Assembly (NCBI GenBank): GCA_951406725.2
Contig: OX597815.1
Location: 88,350,001-88,414,000 of the forward strand
DNA length: 64,000 nt
Reading direction: 5' to 3'
DNA from: Octopus vulgaris
Lineage: Eukaryota
How positions within the stretch are numbered: the stretch's first letter is position 1; every line of letters starts with the position of its first letter. This document shows, piece by piece, positions 12,161-27,071 of this stretch. The translations under genes were made by a program, and so were the position numbers. The notes beneath the pieces were generated by a model that had not been told where the DNA came from, ran no database searches, and worked only from the letters and a program-made list of their open reading frames with translations.

Positions 12161-12503
12161 CTGTCACGTAGTTGCTTTTCCCTATCTTGAAGCTTGCAGA
12201 TTGTTTCTCTGGCTTGTCCCAACTCCATTCTCATGTTGTGTAGCTCCCGTTGTAGAAACTGCCGGTCTCTAGACTCGATCCCCATCATTCTTGATTGGTT
12301 GTCATTCTCGTCGTCTTCATCTTCTGAATGAAAAGTATTGTCCACTAGTACTTCTTCCTCCTCTGGGATTTCGCCAACGTCATCCCCACCAGTGCAGTAG
12401 CTACTGCAACTGGTGGTAGGTGCTATGAGCTCTTCAAGGTCGTCCAGGGTGCTTCTTTGCCGGTATCTTCGAGATAATCGCTTTCTCGGCGCTTGCCAAC
12501 CAG
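12161..12503 (-). CDS. MIEAP-domain protein, internal exon (343 nt, phase 1-2); acidic tract and coiled coil
   Basis: tcttttcaatctttcag|CT ... GACAG|gtatcg. Encodes GWQAPRKRLSRRYRQRSTLDDLEEL...EDEDDEND...LQRELHNMRMELGQARETICKLQDREKQLRDR with no stops. Confidence 0.85.
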
Positions 12504-13056
12504 CTGAAAGATTGAAAAGAAGATTGTTGCTGTTATTTAAGGTTCATAATTGCTTCCAAGGTCGTAAATATAATTTTTATATAAGCACAATAACTTCGAC
12601 AGTGATCAATCCAGCTGTATTAGTCAGTAAGTTGTTGATTATTCCAACAACATGCATACCTTTATCATAATTTTCGACAGAACCTGAGTGAACTAGAATA
12701 TGACAAAGCTGACTTCTTGAATTACAAGGAGAGTCTATCTGACTGATTTCTTCTCTATCTAGTTTCATGCAAAAAGTTTTGGATTGACCCACAAATTAAC
12801 AGACAGATACATAGATCAATGCACAACGGACATCGTAGCCTACATGCTAAACTCCTGTCTAACAGTTTTCAATTCTCAGTTGTACTATATTTATCTGCAA
12901 GTGCATTTGAAATGCTGCAACTAAACATTTTTTCTAAAATAACGTCAGTAGGGAAGATCACCTAAGAACAGATATATTTGATCACGGTAGGGTCAGTCAT
13001 CCGGCACTTTCATCAAATTAATGTATGTCCGTCTCTCCATGTTTGTAACTGTGTTG

Positions 13057-13101
<45 letters not shown>

Positions 13102-13674
13102 CATATATATATATATGATGACAGGAAACGAGATGTGTATATGCGAGAGTGCGAATAAAGATGGCTATACACAAGCAGACGATAAACAGTTTTGGTGTAT
13201 ATTTTCGAATAGATTGATTCGATCGTCTGTTGTTTGATCTTTGAATAATTCTAGTAAAATGGTTCACGATCAACTTGGTATAGAGGAACAAAATGAGGAA
13301 ACTAATGAGATATTGGGGATGGCAGATGTCTAACAGAAGCAAATTCCCACACCAAAACAAGCCAATCATTAAACGCTGACCAAGTTTCCTATCAATTAGT
13401 ACAGATGTACCTCTGTGTGTGTGTGTGTGTGTGTGTATGAGAGAGAGAGATAGAGAGATAGATAGATTGAGAGATTGAGAGAGATTGAGAGAGATTAAGA
13501 GAGAGAGAGAGAGAGAGAGCGAGAGTGTGACGTGCAATCGTCCGAAGAACTAGAACAGAACAGTTTTAGGGCTGGTTATAGAGGTAATTTGGAAGGTATG
13601 AGGATAATTGGGTATAGTCGATGCAATAAAATATGCAGTCGTTGAAACTGAAACCAATCACAGGGAATGAAGAT

Positions 13675-13736
<62 letters not shown>

Positions 13737-13859
13737 CGTTATATAAATATACATGCGTTAAACATACATGTTACATAATATACGCGCGCGCACACACCTG
13801 CAAGCAATCCCGGTCGTCAAATATGACTACTGTTTTATTAGTTATAATGCACGAGGTTA

Positions 13860-14165
13860 AAAGGTAAAGACCGCCTCCGGTCATGAATGACCATGGGATT
13901 GCACCTAGAAAGTTGCCCTCCAAGGCACAGGCTAGCAGTCGCCCATGCATACCAGGTTCCCCTCTCCACGCCACCGATGTTATCCAAAGAAAAAGCAAAG
14001 ACCGATACAGCTTGGTACCAGTGACGCCGCAGCTCATTTCTACATCTGAGTAAACTGGAGCAACGTGAAATAAAGTTTCTTGCTCAAGAATACAACATAC
14101 ACCCCGGCGGAAATCGAACTCACTACCTCATGATTGTGAGCCCTAGCCATTGAGTCATGCGCCTT
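13860..14165 (-). mobile_element. tRNA-derived SINE family C (CORE-like centre)
   Basis: Reverse strand shows a GAGTTCGATTTCC B box and GTTGTATTCTTGAGCAAGAAACTTTATTTCACGTTGCTCCAG. A second fragment lies at 14563-14670. Confidence 0.7.
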
Positions 14166-14264
14166 AACTAGAGCATGAAGCACTCTTTAAAAACGTCAGA
14201 TAAAACAACAAAAGACGGCACATTGCATTTAATTCTTAAATATTCGTTTCAAATTTTGGCACAA

Positions 14265-14450
14265 GGCCAGCAGATGTGGAGCAGGAAGTAAGTTGTTGAT
14301 TCCAGTACTCAAATGATACTTATTTTATCGACTCACTAAGGACGAAAGGCAAAGCTGACCTCGACGGAATTTGAACTCAGAATGTAAAGACGGACGAAAT
14401 GCCGTAAGCATTTTGCCCGGCGTGTTAACGATTTTGTCAGCTACCCGCCT
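14265..14450 (-). mobile_element. Degenerate SINE family A
   Basis: GAAAGGCAAAG..GACCTCGACGGAATTTGAACTCAG...CCCGCCTT matches family A. Confidence 0.75.
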
Positions 14451-15749
14451 TGAAATTTGATACTTAAATTACATTTTGATATCAACCTGATTAATAATTC
14501 GTAAATATAGTAGGATTTACTACTCGCCGAAAATGAGGGATCACAAAAGCACGTGGGTATTTAGAGCAACGTGAAATGAAGTGTTTTGCTCATGATCACA
14601 ACGCGCCGCTCTGTCCAGGAATCGAACCCACAATCTAGCGATTATGAGTGCAACACCCTAACCACCAGGTCATACACACACAAACACACACGCTTAGCTG
14701 TCAACTCGCAAACTAATATGAACTGATAGCACGCTTTTAATAGTTGTTTTAGATACGTGCGGAATCGCGAGTAGACATTGACACGCCAATAGACCTTGCC
14801 ACCAATAAGTAACTGACACTTCTCAAAGAAGTGGGATGAAATAAATGCTAAACAATTTCCAGCGAGGTTTGATTGTAGAAACGTTAAAAATGAAAACAGA
14901 TGCTAAAATTTATCCAGCACCGGGCATAATGTTTGTATCACTTGTAGCATCGTGCAAATGAACCATTTGTTAAAGTACATTTGGAAATGTAAAAAGTTTC
15001 TAACATTGGCACAAGACTACAAATTTTAGAGGACAGTGTAGAATATTATTGAATCGATCTCCGACTTTAAGTCACGACTTAATTTATTGACTACAGAAGG
15101 GTGAAACGTTAAAGCTGACTGTGTGGGATTGGAAATCAAGACCCAGGGAGAAAATACGAAATTCTAACAAAAATCTAGTAATCTAAAGTCAATGATTTCC
15201 TTACACGGGTTTCAAGTAAGGTTATTTATTTAAATCAGCGAAAGGAATAGCAATTTATTTATAGTTTGGTCATCCGATATCTCAGAGAAAGGAATGAATA
15301 TTATGTTTTTCTATTTTGCTGTAAAATTTATATTAATATTTTTCTGCAAAATGTCTTTCTGCCCAATCAAAGAAAAACTAATTATGCCAGTCCTTATTAA
15401 AAAAAATAATAGTCCATTCATTTGGATAGCTGGTCTTTCCATGTAACAGAATTTTCTCTTAAAAAATGTTGGTATTCAATTTATAAAGCTGACATTAAAG
15501 TTAATCAAGGTTGAAAACCTTAATAAAACAACTCGAGATGCAATCACGGTTGAGAACCAGATCAATTGGGAAAGGTTTCCAGAAAGTTCTTGCTTCCCAT
15601 TTGATACCAATTAGATGGGAGATTAAATATTTATTTTTTTCTGTGCATCTGGTTTGTATTTAGTATTCTTTAACTTTTTCTATTGTTCAGCTGTTTTGTG
15701 TATCATTAGAACTACCATCCTGCATGTAATTTTAATAAAAGAAACAATT

Positions 15750-15813
<64 letters not shown>

Positions 15814-17289
15814 AAAGAAATAGCCTTGCCGATACTCGTTTAATTAATTGATATTTTGTTAAACCGAAACTGAGATCCCAGATAACATATAACATTTCGA
15901 ACTGAATATTGCTTCAAGAATAGCGTTCCGAATTGTTCTGATAAGAAGAATGCAATCAATTTCTAGAGATTAAATAGAAGATAAAGAGGCACATTTTTAT
16001 GTAGAAACAATTCAAAGTGAATGAACTAGTAGATAATTAATAAAAGGAAAGATAGTGTGCAATAGTGAGGAACAGTACAAAAAGACAAAAAACATAGCTG
16101 TAATTAAATAGAATGAAAATAAGACGGAAAATAGTAATCTGGTTTATATGACATTTTCTCCCTCTTCTCCACCTCTTGGTAATTTCAAAATAGCGTTTCA
16201 TAAAAGTGGACACCGTCAAATAAACAAGACACCAAAAAAGGAGTCTCTCGTAGACGCATGATATACTAGAAATAGCAGCCAAATTTTCTATCACATCCCT
16301 CAATCTTAAATTTGAGAACGGACACTTGGATATCGTTAAAAAGCCAGGATGGTTATGGCTGGAATAGTTTTGATCACAGGTCAACATGATCATGGTTACC
16401 AGGGTTTAAACAAGTCGTCCCTCACTGTTGATTCAGAGAATAAGTTAATTTGACGGGGTCTTTAATCGTAAGATTCCTACTTGCTTCACTCTCATCACAG
16501 CAGTTTTCTTTAATTTCACTAATTTGCATATATCAACAAGATTCATTGCGACTTGTCATTTTATATTGCTCTTTCATATAAGACCACGAAGTGGTTAAGA
16601 TCTTACTGTTTCCTGACTCCCGAACGATTTGACTAAACCTAAGAACTCCAAAGGCACCACATTGATCTATTACGGGATTTGCAATCATTAGTAGTAGGAA
16701 TACCACTCAAAGACTTGCTCTTAAGGTAGAATGTTGAGCTTCTTGTGGAACTTAGTGTTTTTGCTTATAAAGACACTGATAAGAATGAGTGTGTGAACCT
16801 TTTGCTCGTGTGCAACTATTTACCTATCATATTTTGTGTATACGAGTGTGTTTCATAGTGTATGTTTAATTGTCTGCTCTAAATTTTATGCCAATTCATA
16901 TATAAACCACAGTGCGCCGAGCCGCTGCTCCTTGCTGACACATTTAGTAGAGTCTGCGGAGATGAAACATTAGTTTTATTATACACGAGTCTATTGCAGG
17001 TAAATATTTCTCAGAATTTTAGGTGTTTATTTTTCATAAACACATGTACTGAAGTTCAATAAATAAGGTACATTCCCAGACACAGAACAAACATAGTATA
17101 TGCTAAGCAAAAAGGGCCATAAAGCTTGATATAAAAAAAAAGTCTGAAATGATTTGAAAGGAAAAGAAATGATGTATGTATCTGGAACACGAAATAACTG
17201 AGGTAAGTGTTGTCAGCCACTGCAGTAAATAATAAATATTTGTTTCTTATTGTATGTTAGACGCTGGAAAGAACTTTATGGACGGTAGA

Positions 17290-18700
17290 AAATGCAATGC
17301 TAAGAAGAGAAGCATTTGAAGAAAATAGGAAAAGAGTCAATGATGGCTGCATCGACTGAATTTAGATAGGAATAACAGTGTTTAGTAAGTGCGGTTAAAG
17401 GGGTACTCAGAGGACCATAAAACAGATGTTAGGAAAGTTAGGGATCGACTCGCATAGGTCAGTAAGTAGACTTTTACTTTCAACTATCATTTTTTAAAAA
17501 TAATTATCTTTAATGAATGTGATACATAATTTTATAGACATCACTTGTTTATATTGTATACAATTCTGAACAAAATTAACGACTGAAATTTAGAGTCTAT
17601 CAATCTTCAAATTCCTTTATTCTGTAAGTTGTTTCATTAATTTATTGTGCAGTTCATTCAAATCCTGTATAATCAATATTTTTTATGAAGAAATAACATA
17701 TTTTGATTGTAGACAAATTTCTTTCATACATTTCTGCTATAGGAATGTTAAAAGACGGGCAAAAGTGTATTTTTGGTTTATTACTGGATTGCTTCTTAAA
17801 TAATAAAACGGTCTTATCAATATAGGCATGGAAAAGAAAGAAGGATAAGTCATATTTATCAACTTAAGGTTGTACCGAGGCCTTTGTAGGGAATAGAACA
17901 AGTTGAACGTTTCTTTACTCTTTTTAACCCTATTGGACACAGGTATTTCTTATATGGAACAAACTGGAACGGATATATTAGATATTGTAGGCAGTCTCAT
18001 GACAAAGCAGGAATGTCCGGTTAATATACATACAGAAGAGAATCCTATAATTAAATCTATGCGCAATGTTCATTGTTTTGATCATTATTTTAATTTGGCT
18101 TATAAAGAAGTAATCTTATACTGCTTAGGAGCCGCATATTTTAATTTAATTCAGGCACCGTCCTTTTTACTTTCTCAAAAGCGTGAGTGATTCTCAGTCC
18201 TGCGGATACGCTGCAGTAGAAGCACTCACAAAGGGCTACGAAGAAATAATCGATATACTGTTTGATATATTTACGAACAAAGATTGAAATACTGCCATTG
18301 TTCTGCTAAAGGGTTGTATGATCGAATGTACAAGTTGGAAACTGGATTTCTGCAGAGTTATGGTATATATTGTTGGAGTGGTTCAACCAAAGCAATGTAA
18401 CACTGCAATTAGAAACGCTTAAATTAAAACGCAGCCTATGATGTATTACAATCCTTCACTGAATTTGTCAAACATTAAAGGGATGCTTCGGATGGATTTG
18501 AAAAGGTGTGATTTCACGTGTCACGAACGATGAAGTACACACCACAAATGGAATGCAAACAAAAGCGTAAAGATCGTGTGGATCTATTAGATCACGGCCA
18601 TTTTGCAGAGATACCAAAAGTTTTATTCCGTGTACAGATTCTTTGAACGCTTGCCTACGAAAGCGCCTTACTATTTGCAGTAGCTGTAAGATTTGCTTTC
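17290..18700 (+). pseudogene. Highly decayed hAT-superfamily transposase (ZMYM1/THAP12-like)
   Basis: HCFDHYFNLAYKEV at 18071-18112 resembles the hAT CxxH motif. FIPCTDSLNACLRKRL at 18622-18669 resembles the FIP.LD.L...L..RF block. EENRKR near 17320. Many stops; boundaries approximate. Confidence 0.55.
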
Positions 18701-19424
18701 TTTGTTTATCCTCCAAACATAGTTCAAGAGTTTACTGAGAAAGGCTGTAATCAAACTGTCAAAGTTTAACTATAATGACTAAACTGGCAACTTCGCTTAA
18801 GTTGTACAGCGTCAAATCTTAGATCAGAAGTGATTTTTGTTTTAGTATTTCACGTATGCATTATGTGTCAAGATGTAAAATCTGCATCCCGAAACACAAC
18901 CACAACTATCAAGATCTACAGGATTAATTTTTCTGAGAAATGTTCGTTTACAAAAATGAGACATCAAAAACCTGAACAGAACATCGGCTGGACAAATTAG
19001 GCTCGCAGATTTTTCTTTTAGGAATTTAGATTTCAGTGACTCTCTTCACAACTTTGTAGTTGTAAAGTAAGGAAAATTCTTATCTGAAAGATTCATTTCA
19101 TTATGTTTTAATTTGATTGATCATAATTATATACGGTATTTACATCAAATTAAATATTTTAAACCAAACTACAGTTAAACCAGAGATGCAGCACGGATTT
19201 TTGTCAGTGAACAGGTCGCGGTCTTAAAGCGACGAAAATATTTTGACAAATTAAACTTAAATGTTGAAGTGAATCGAACGGCTTTTGTATGTTTCTTAAA
19301 TGGCTTACAAACACCTTCCACGATGCAATTGTTTTCGTTTCAGCACACGATTTCATATCAAATCACTTGATATGCAAGTACATCTCCGTAAACATTAACT
19401 TTTTTGAATATTTTATTTACAGCG

Positions 19425-19595
19425 AGGGAGAGAGAGAGAAGGAGAGAGAAGACATATGAGAGAGCGAGAGAGACAGAGAGAGAGAGAGAGAGAGAAGGAG
19501 AGAGAAGACATATGAGAGAGCGAGAGAGACAGAGAGAGAGAGAGAGAGAGAAGGAGAGAGAAGACATATGAGAGAGCAAGAGAAGAAGAGAGAGG
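19425..19595. repeat. 56-bp GA-rich minisatellite, about 3 copies
   Basis: GACATATGAGAGAGC recurs at 19451, 19507 and 19563. Confidence 0.9.
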
Positions 19596-20620
19596 AATTC
19601 GATTTATTTAAAAATAAGAACTAAATGCAAAACTAGAAGGGCCTTTAAAAAGTGTTATGCATCAAGACCCATTAGCGTTGAATTCGTCCCTGGATAGCAG
19701 AAAAACTGACAGCATAACAGAGTCAAAGAGCTAATGCATATTACTAGAGGTAAGTTTAGTCGTGCTGGAAAGAGCATATAGGAAACATAGTTTAACAAAG
19801 GTCAGTCGTTGGAGTGGATTTCTAAATGTAGAAGTGTGAAACGACTACATCTCGTTTTTAATTGTATTGCGATTGGTGTTGTATTTTGGCAGAAAAAATA
19901 ATTTTAAACGATTGTAGCATGGAAAGCACTATTAAAAACACACAAAGACTTCTAAGTCTTTGTTTTTGAATGGCTAATACTTGTCTTGCAAGCTGTAGTC
20001 GCTTTAGTTTCAGCATGCTGTGCAAGTATACCTCCGAAACTTAATTTTACGAGGTCTTACTTCATCTTACAATCGAAAGTAAACACCAGGTCTTCTGGGT
20101 TTCTTATTTGGAATAGACAGGTCAAAAGAAAGATTTATCACATTCTCTTAAAATGCATAGCTCTGGATTCATAACTTTAATTTAGGACATTTAGTAAATG
20201 TAGGTATAGAAGAGAACTTTTTTGTTTCTGTAGACTCAGCTTATTACGTTGGTAGAGAGTCTCCTGAAGTTTTGGTGGACACAATTATAGAGGAGTACGT
20301 TAATGTATCATACTGGCGAGTGAGAAAGAATGATAGGAGATACAGAGAAAAGAGCGGAGTACAAGATACTGGATAGGAGTGCAACAGAAGGGAGAGCGGG
20401 AGAGGATTAGAGAAAGAAAAAGAGAGGATAATAGAGAGAGAGCATGAGAGAGAGAGAGACCGAAGAGGAGGGATAGAGAGATAAGACAATTTAGAGAAAA
20501 AGGGAAAAGAGGTAGAAAAAAATAGAGAATATAAAGAATGGGAGGAAAGAGAGTGTGAAGAGAAAGAAGAAAGGTGAAAGATGAAAAAATAAGAGGGAAG
20601 GGAACACACACACACACACA

Positions 20621-20824
20621 CACGAGGGGCTGTTGAAAAGTTCCTGGCCTTGGGTAGAAGAAAATATAGGAGGATCAGTTATGATTTTATTCAACATTTT
20701 CCCCTTTCAGATTCACACTCTTATTGCAGTGGTTCTAATCCCTGTAAAAGAACTCGGAAGGTTGGGCCTCCAACAAGGCCTTTCACGACACCCTTAAAGC
20801 CAGGAACTTTTCAGTACCCCTCGT
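20621..20824. mobile_element. Mariner-derived MITE
   Basis: TIRs CGAGGGGCTGTTGAAAAGTTCCTGGC and GCCAGGAACTTTTCAGTACCCCTCG|TA. Confidence 0.85.
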
Positions 20825-21128
20825 ATATAAGCAACTTATGCACATGTCTGTGTTTGCAAACGAGATATAAGAAACAGCACGTAGGTTTTATGATGCACGA
20901 GGAGCTAGTTTAGAGTTAAGCTGATCATGTTTTTACGTATCAAAGAAATCCTCTTTTTAAAATGGAGAAAAATTAATTGGTGTCTGCTTTGCTGTTACAC
21001 TAGAGGGAGAAAACATTGGCTGGCCTAAGAGTGATGGGAGAGAAAAAGTATAATAAAGAAAGGTGGATGAAATATATAGATAGGTAGGTGAGAGAGAGAA
21101 AGAAAGAGAGAAACAAAGAAGAGATATA

Positions 21129-21312
21129 TATTTCTTTACTACCCACAAGGGGCTAAACACAGAGGGGACAAACAAGGACAGACAAAGGGATTAAGTCGAT
21201 TATATCGACCCCAGTGCGTAACTGGTACTTAATTTATCGACCCCGAAAGGATGAAAGGCAATGTCGACCTCGGCGGAATTTGAACTCGGAACGTAACGAC
21301 AGACGTAATACG
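21129..21312 (-). mobile_element. SINE family A, 5' truncated
   Basis: Reverse complement of about 1835-2020. Confidence 0.9.
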
Positions 21313-24300
21313 AAGAAATATAGCTGAGATACAGCAGCTTGTGTAACAGACAGTTATACAAACAGAGGAAAAGGGGAAAGGTTTGAAACAAAAATTATTG
21401 TGAATTAGTAAAAGGACGCAGAAATATACTCCATCTGAGACTACGGGTATTTTCTACCCATCTCGCTCTTGGTCTACTCTTAGACCTCCTGCTGGTTAAC
21501 TCAGCTTGAAAAATAGTGAAAACAAAAAAAAAAAAAAAACCCAGTCGCTTTAGATTACCCAAACAAATAATAGGTATAATCCCCTCTATGGATGTTTAAA
21601 ATCCGAAAATAAGGGGTCACTCGACCCAAATCTATTCCACTCTGCATTGTCTAGCTTTCTTCCTTGCCTGTTTTTATATTTAAACAACAACAGAAAGAAC
21701 TTTATTCTAATTGATAGGTTAATATCAGTTGATCAAAGTTTTTCAAATCATTATATTACACATAACATATTACATAAATACTCCAACGTATATGTATTTA
21801 GCATGCAGAATGTTCCTCAAAGGTATTTCCCCTCAACCATATTGCTATCTGTAGCTTTGCGTTTGTCAGAAACCATTATTATTGTTATTTTTTTTTTATT
21901 AATTCTAAATTTCTATATATATTTTATTATTTTTAGAATACAAGTCTAAATAAGAATATCAGCTATTTGTTTTCTTTCATTTCAACAACCCAGCCCTCAA
22001 AAAAATAAAAAGAAAAAAAAATCAGAAACAAAAAATGAATAACGGAAACATGACTCATGACAACTTTTGACAACACCAACAATAACAACAAACACAAAGA
22101 AAGGTTAAAGTAGGTATAATGTTCCATAGTTCATGCTCCACGCATTTTATGAAGACTAACGAACTTATGCAAAAGTTGTTTCATCTATATATTTATTCAG
22201 ATTTTTTTAAAGTTCTTTTTTCTCCCTCAGAAAATCTGAAGCAACAAGATCACTAACAACAAAGATACTGATACCACCACTACCACCACTAACATATACA
22301 TCATCATTATCAACAATAACAATAGAGCCATCATCATAATCCTTCTCCTCACCAGGAAGACCAGTAACTCGCATCAACAAGAGGAAAAAAAGAATGAAAA
22401 ATGCTGTTCAACAGAAAAACCAGATAAAATTTCAGTACTAAAGAAAAAAAATACCATTGCATTTATTTTCTTATTCATTCTTAGATAAATTAGAGGTAAC
22501 AGAGATGGTAGGGATAGCGGGGTGGTCTTTTAAAAGTTTCTGAGATTAGCAACTATGATCAATACTTGTGTAACACATTCAAAACATCGTGGTAATAAAC
22601 AAAGCTTTGTGCAAAATGCTGTGCAGTATTTAGTTTTGTGTTCCGAGTTCTAATCTCGCCTTGGTCAGTTTGCCTTATATCCTTCCAGACAGTTGAAATA
22701 AAATACCAATCAAGTTCTGGGGATCAACTTAAATGACCGAATTCGACCTTGAAATTTTTAGATATTGTGTCTGTCAGAAATCATCATAATCATCATCATC
22801 ATCTTGGAGGATGGCAGAATCTGTAGGGCGAGGAACAAAATACTTTGTGGTTGTTTATAGCCTTCCTTTACATAGTCATGCGTTCAAACCCAACTGATAT
22901 CAACCCTTCTGTTTCCAGCTTATGGGGCAGATAAAATAAGGTCTGGTATCTATTTAAACCAATAAGCATCAACAAACGTCCCTAAACTTGTGATATTACT
23001 ATCATTGTAACAAAAGCAGTGAAACTGGAATCATTAAACACTAGATAAAGCACCTCGTATTTATGTTCAGAGTTCAAACACCATCAGGTTCGAATATGGG
23101 GGAACCTCTACATAGCCGCATGACCTGTAAGAAATAGCAACTCAATTTTCCTTAAATAACACTGTCCTGCCTTATAAAAAAATTACATGTTGGTCTGGGT
23201 TCGTCTACATGAGAAAAAGACGAGATGGTCGTTGATGGAATCCCTTGGAACCTAAGTCTACTCGGTCAAGGCTGACCTAAATCTAAAGAACAAATCACAA
23301 CTACATATTTCATGCTTTCGGGGTTGAAATAATGACTATTAGGGTTGATAAAACGATTATTAGGGGGCGATAAAGCGACTCCATTACTTTCCTCACAAAA
23401 TGTGTTCTTGCAGTGAAGTAGAAATCATTATCGTCATTATTATTGCAAAAAGTAATATTAAAATAAAATATAAAATATATATAAATTAAAAATCACCGCC
23501 GGCCATAGCTTTCTGATGCTATGAAATGATCATTATCGATAATGTTGCTGTTGTTAGCGTTAATATTGTTATCGCTCTTTTTGGCTTCATCAAGTTGAAT
23601 TTAGTTCAGCCTGCCAGTTCGTGACTCAGCAACAAATCCACAAAGAAAACAAGTCACATTGATTGAAAGAATGCGATGCGAAAGAAAGACCGTATTATGT
23701 TCAATGTAAAGTCCTCATAGAACTTAGCTTGGAATTAGTTAACAAATACGTTGTTTTGGCCGTTTTGATATATTACTTACTGAACATTAGTTACATAGAA
23801 AAATACAAAAAAAAAAAAAAAAGAAACTGTTGTGTATCCAGCTTCTTCGCGCCATACATACTCTCCGTATTAGCTGCGAAACTCAAGCACTTCTATCTCC
23901 CTATATGTAATATAGACACCATCTCTCTTTCTCTCTCTCAATACACGCACAGGCGTGTTAAAAATATGAGAATAATGTATATATATGATGAGTGTATTTG
24001 ATATCTATCTATGGTTCTCCGTTAGTTTCGACAGCGAGGATTCAAAAGTTCAATAAACTGATTTACCTGCTCATTGAGTTAACATGTAAGTGACAGAGCA
24101 CTCCACAGACACGTGTACTATTAATATAATTCCCAGGTAGAATCAGCGTGTGACAACGCCGTACTTCTGAATTACAGGTGCAATCCTTCTACTGTAACTA
24201 CAGTTGCCTCTACTCTTCGAGGCCAACTCATCTCTGCTCCTCTTATTACCCTTATTGTGGCCAACAACCCAGTCCATGTACTCACCACTAATCTCAGTTT

Positions 24301-27071
24301 TGTTTTTCCTTTTCATAACGTTGAATCTCTAAAATTCCCTCACTGCACCTATCTTTGCTGTAACAATGGTTAAAGTGGAACATTACTGGCATCAAAAGTC
24401 ACCGGTCTAAGAAGGTCTGCGAACGTAATGGGTACTGCTTCTTCCTCTATATCCAATAAATACACTTCCGCCTCCCACTCCATCCATCTTACAGCTTTGG
24501 TGAAAGAAAGAGCAGTGTTTCCGAGCCTGTATGCTTTTAATTTTTTGGTGAAGTTGAGGTCTGAGACTGACAGTATGAAAGCAGGAAACAATTCTCAAAC
24601 CGGTGACCACCAAACCCAAATGCTTACAACAAAGTGAAATCTACTAAAGGCACAGAAAGACCAGGTGGCATGTTGACCATTAGCGAACTAAGAACGCAAA
24701 AAGCCGATTCCACAAGGAATTTCATCTGCTCACTTGTTCTTATTGGCGGGATTTGAATAGGGAACTGGTATAAATACTGCTCTAACGTCTCTCCTGTGTG
24801 TGTGTGTGTGTGTGTAGCCAACACCTCAAGGATTTCTACGCACCTTGAAAAACCTCCATCGTAGCTACCTCCCCTCCTCCTATTTGGCATTTACCAACAA
24901 CTATTATTCTCTACCCACCCATATATCCAGTAAAGTACTGACCCCTGCAAATCATTTTTGCCATCGATCTTCTCAGCCATAACATCTATTTTGATCAGTT
25001 CCATTCTTCTCTTAATAATGTATGATACTGAAGCCTCATTACTGACCGTCAGTCTACTTACTGCTTGAACAAGCTCCCACTCCTATTGGCCAAACTTCGA
25101 AGTTTTTGTCAAAACATTGTAGAGTGTTGTTTTTGATAAGTCATTTTTTTAAACGGGCTTCTCATAATTAAAGTTAGGTGGAACAAATATTTCAATTTCC
25201 GTTACTGTACATGTGTGTGTGTATGTGTGTGTGTGTGTATGCGCGCGCGTGTGTATTGGTAGGAATGTTTTATGGAGAGAGTGGGGAGGTGACAGAAATA
25301 AAAGAGCTTGTCCAATAAGTAAATGTATAGAAGAAAATGAGCTTCCTTGAAAAACGTGATTATGTATGAATACCTACATAAAATTACACACACATATATG
25401 CTGATTTCTATTCGTCATTCCCACCTCATTACACACACGCGCGCACATATACATAAATTGTATGAATAAAATATTTTTTATTATAATCAACATCTGTACA
25501 AAAATCTAGGTATCATTTCATTTTGTTATTTTTGGCTACTACCATAACAACAATAATGATGATGAAGATGAAGAGGGTGATTTCTTAGCATAATAATAAT
25601 TGTAATAACACTTTTTTGCACTTCACAACCTCTCTTTTTAAAATGTGTAGAAACTTAGAAAACACCCATTAAACTAGGAAATAGAATATAACAAGAAAGA
25701 CAAATTGTCTTCGAGTAATTTACTTCTCTGTATTGGCCATATCTAGTTCTGAAACGCCTTCCCACTTCATTAATTGTTCCTTGTCAGGAGGAAACACACA
25801 AACACATTCGTACATACAAGCACATGCACACATACATATGAGCACAAGTATATGCATATATACGAATGTGAGCACTTACATCCATACTTACTAATACATG
25901 CACGTAACCGAACACGAACATACACAAGCATACGTACGAATACACATTGGTATGAACATGCGCACATACGCACACATGTAGTACAAGTAATGCAACATAA
26001 AATGCTTGCTGATAGCAAACTCAGATTTTCGATAAAATCATCATCATCAAACTTTTGACATCAAGTCCATTGTATTAAAGAAAACGATGGACCAGACGAT
26101 TAGATACGATATAACGAGCAAAGAGGCAGCCAGTTCCTATCCTGTCACCGTCAAACTTAATTTCCATAACAACCCAATGAACATAAGCGTAAATAGATAC
26201 CGCAGGTTAGGAATAATTCACCTCTATAAAGCAATAGCAGCGCTGTAAAAATGATGTGTTCAGTGTCAACATTAAGACTAACGAGTGTTTTAGTTAACTT
26301 GCAGTGTTGAATTCAACCTCACCTGTAAATGTGCATATACCTCGGATTCTACGAGGCTGATTTTGCTCAATTTTGCAATATTTGGTTCGTGGCTCTCGAG
26401 TGGGTTACTGAGTTGCTTTCTGAGGGCCTCGGAACTTTCGTAAAAAATTTTCAAACTGAATTTGTAGCTATTGAGTAGTTAGTGGATTTTCGATAGTCTT
26501 TTGTTTTACGATTTGTTTAATTTTAGCTTACATAAGCATTGCTAGTGATGGAAATGGGGCAGGAATACGCGGGGATATTTTTATATGCAAAATCTGATAA
26601 GCATGTTGGTCATGGACATATGTAACTCCCTCCCCTGGAAATAATGGACCATTACAAAAAGAAGTTGCTAATCGTAACCCAAGAACAACTTGTTGAAAGG
26701 GAAATCAATCAGTTACGGAAATCACTCCAGTGAGAAGTTTGGGTAGTGGTGTAGCCATTAGCATCTTTCTTCAATTGTTTGGGCTTCAACTCGAGTTAAA
26801 GAAAATACTCGAAGGTACTGATGGACAGGAGTTGGCAGGAACTGTTGTTAGTCAACTGGCATAAGCAAATCCAGGGTCTTAGTTATTTTTGATGATTAAT
26901 CTAGGCACATAGCCAACAATATAAAAGGGAGTGGTGTTAGCCGATACCATCGATCTCGGAGTGATGAAAGGCAAAGTTTACTCCGGCGGAATTTGAACTC
27001 TGAACGTAATGAATCGGGAGAAATACCGCTAGGCCTTTTGTTGCTCTAACGATTCTGCCATCTCTCTGTCA

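Noticed and set aside
13013-13537. Longest ORF in the track (174 aa)
   Set aside because: It is held open by (TA)n, (CA)n and (GA)n microsatellites. The same applies to the ORFs at 20244, 25770, 36555 and 41488.
18468-18716. 82-aa minus-strand ORF as an upstream MIEAP exon
   Set aside because: It is antisense to the decayed hAT transposase and has no compatible splice sites.
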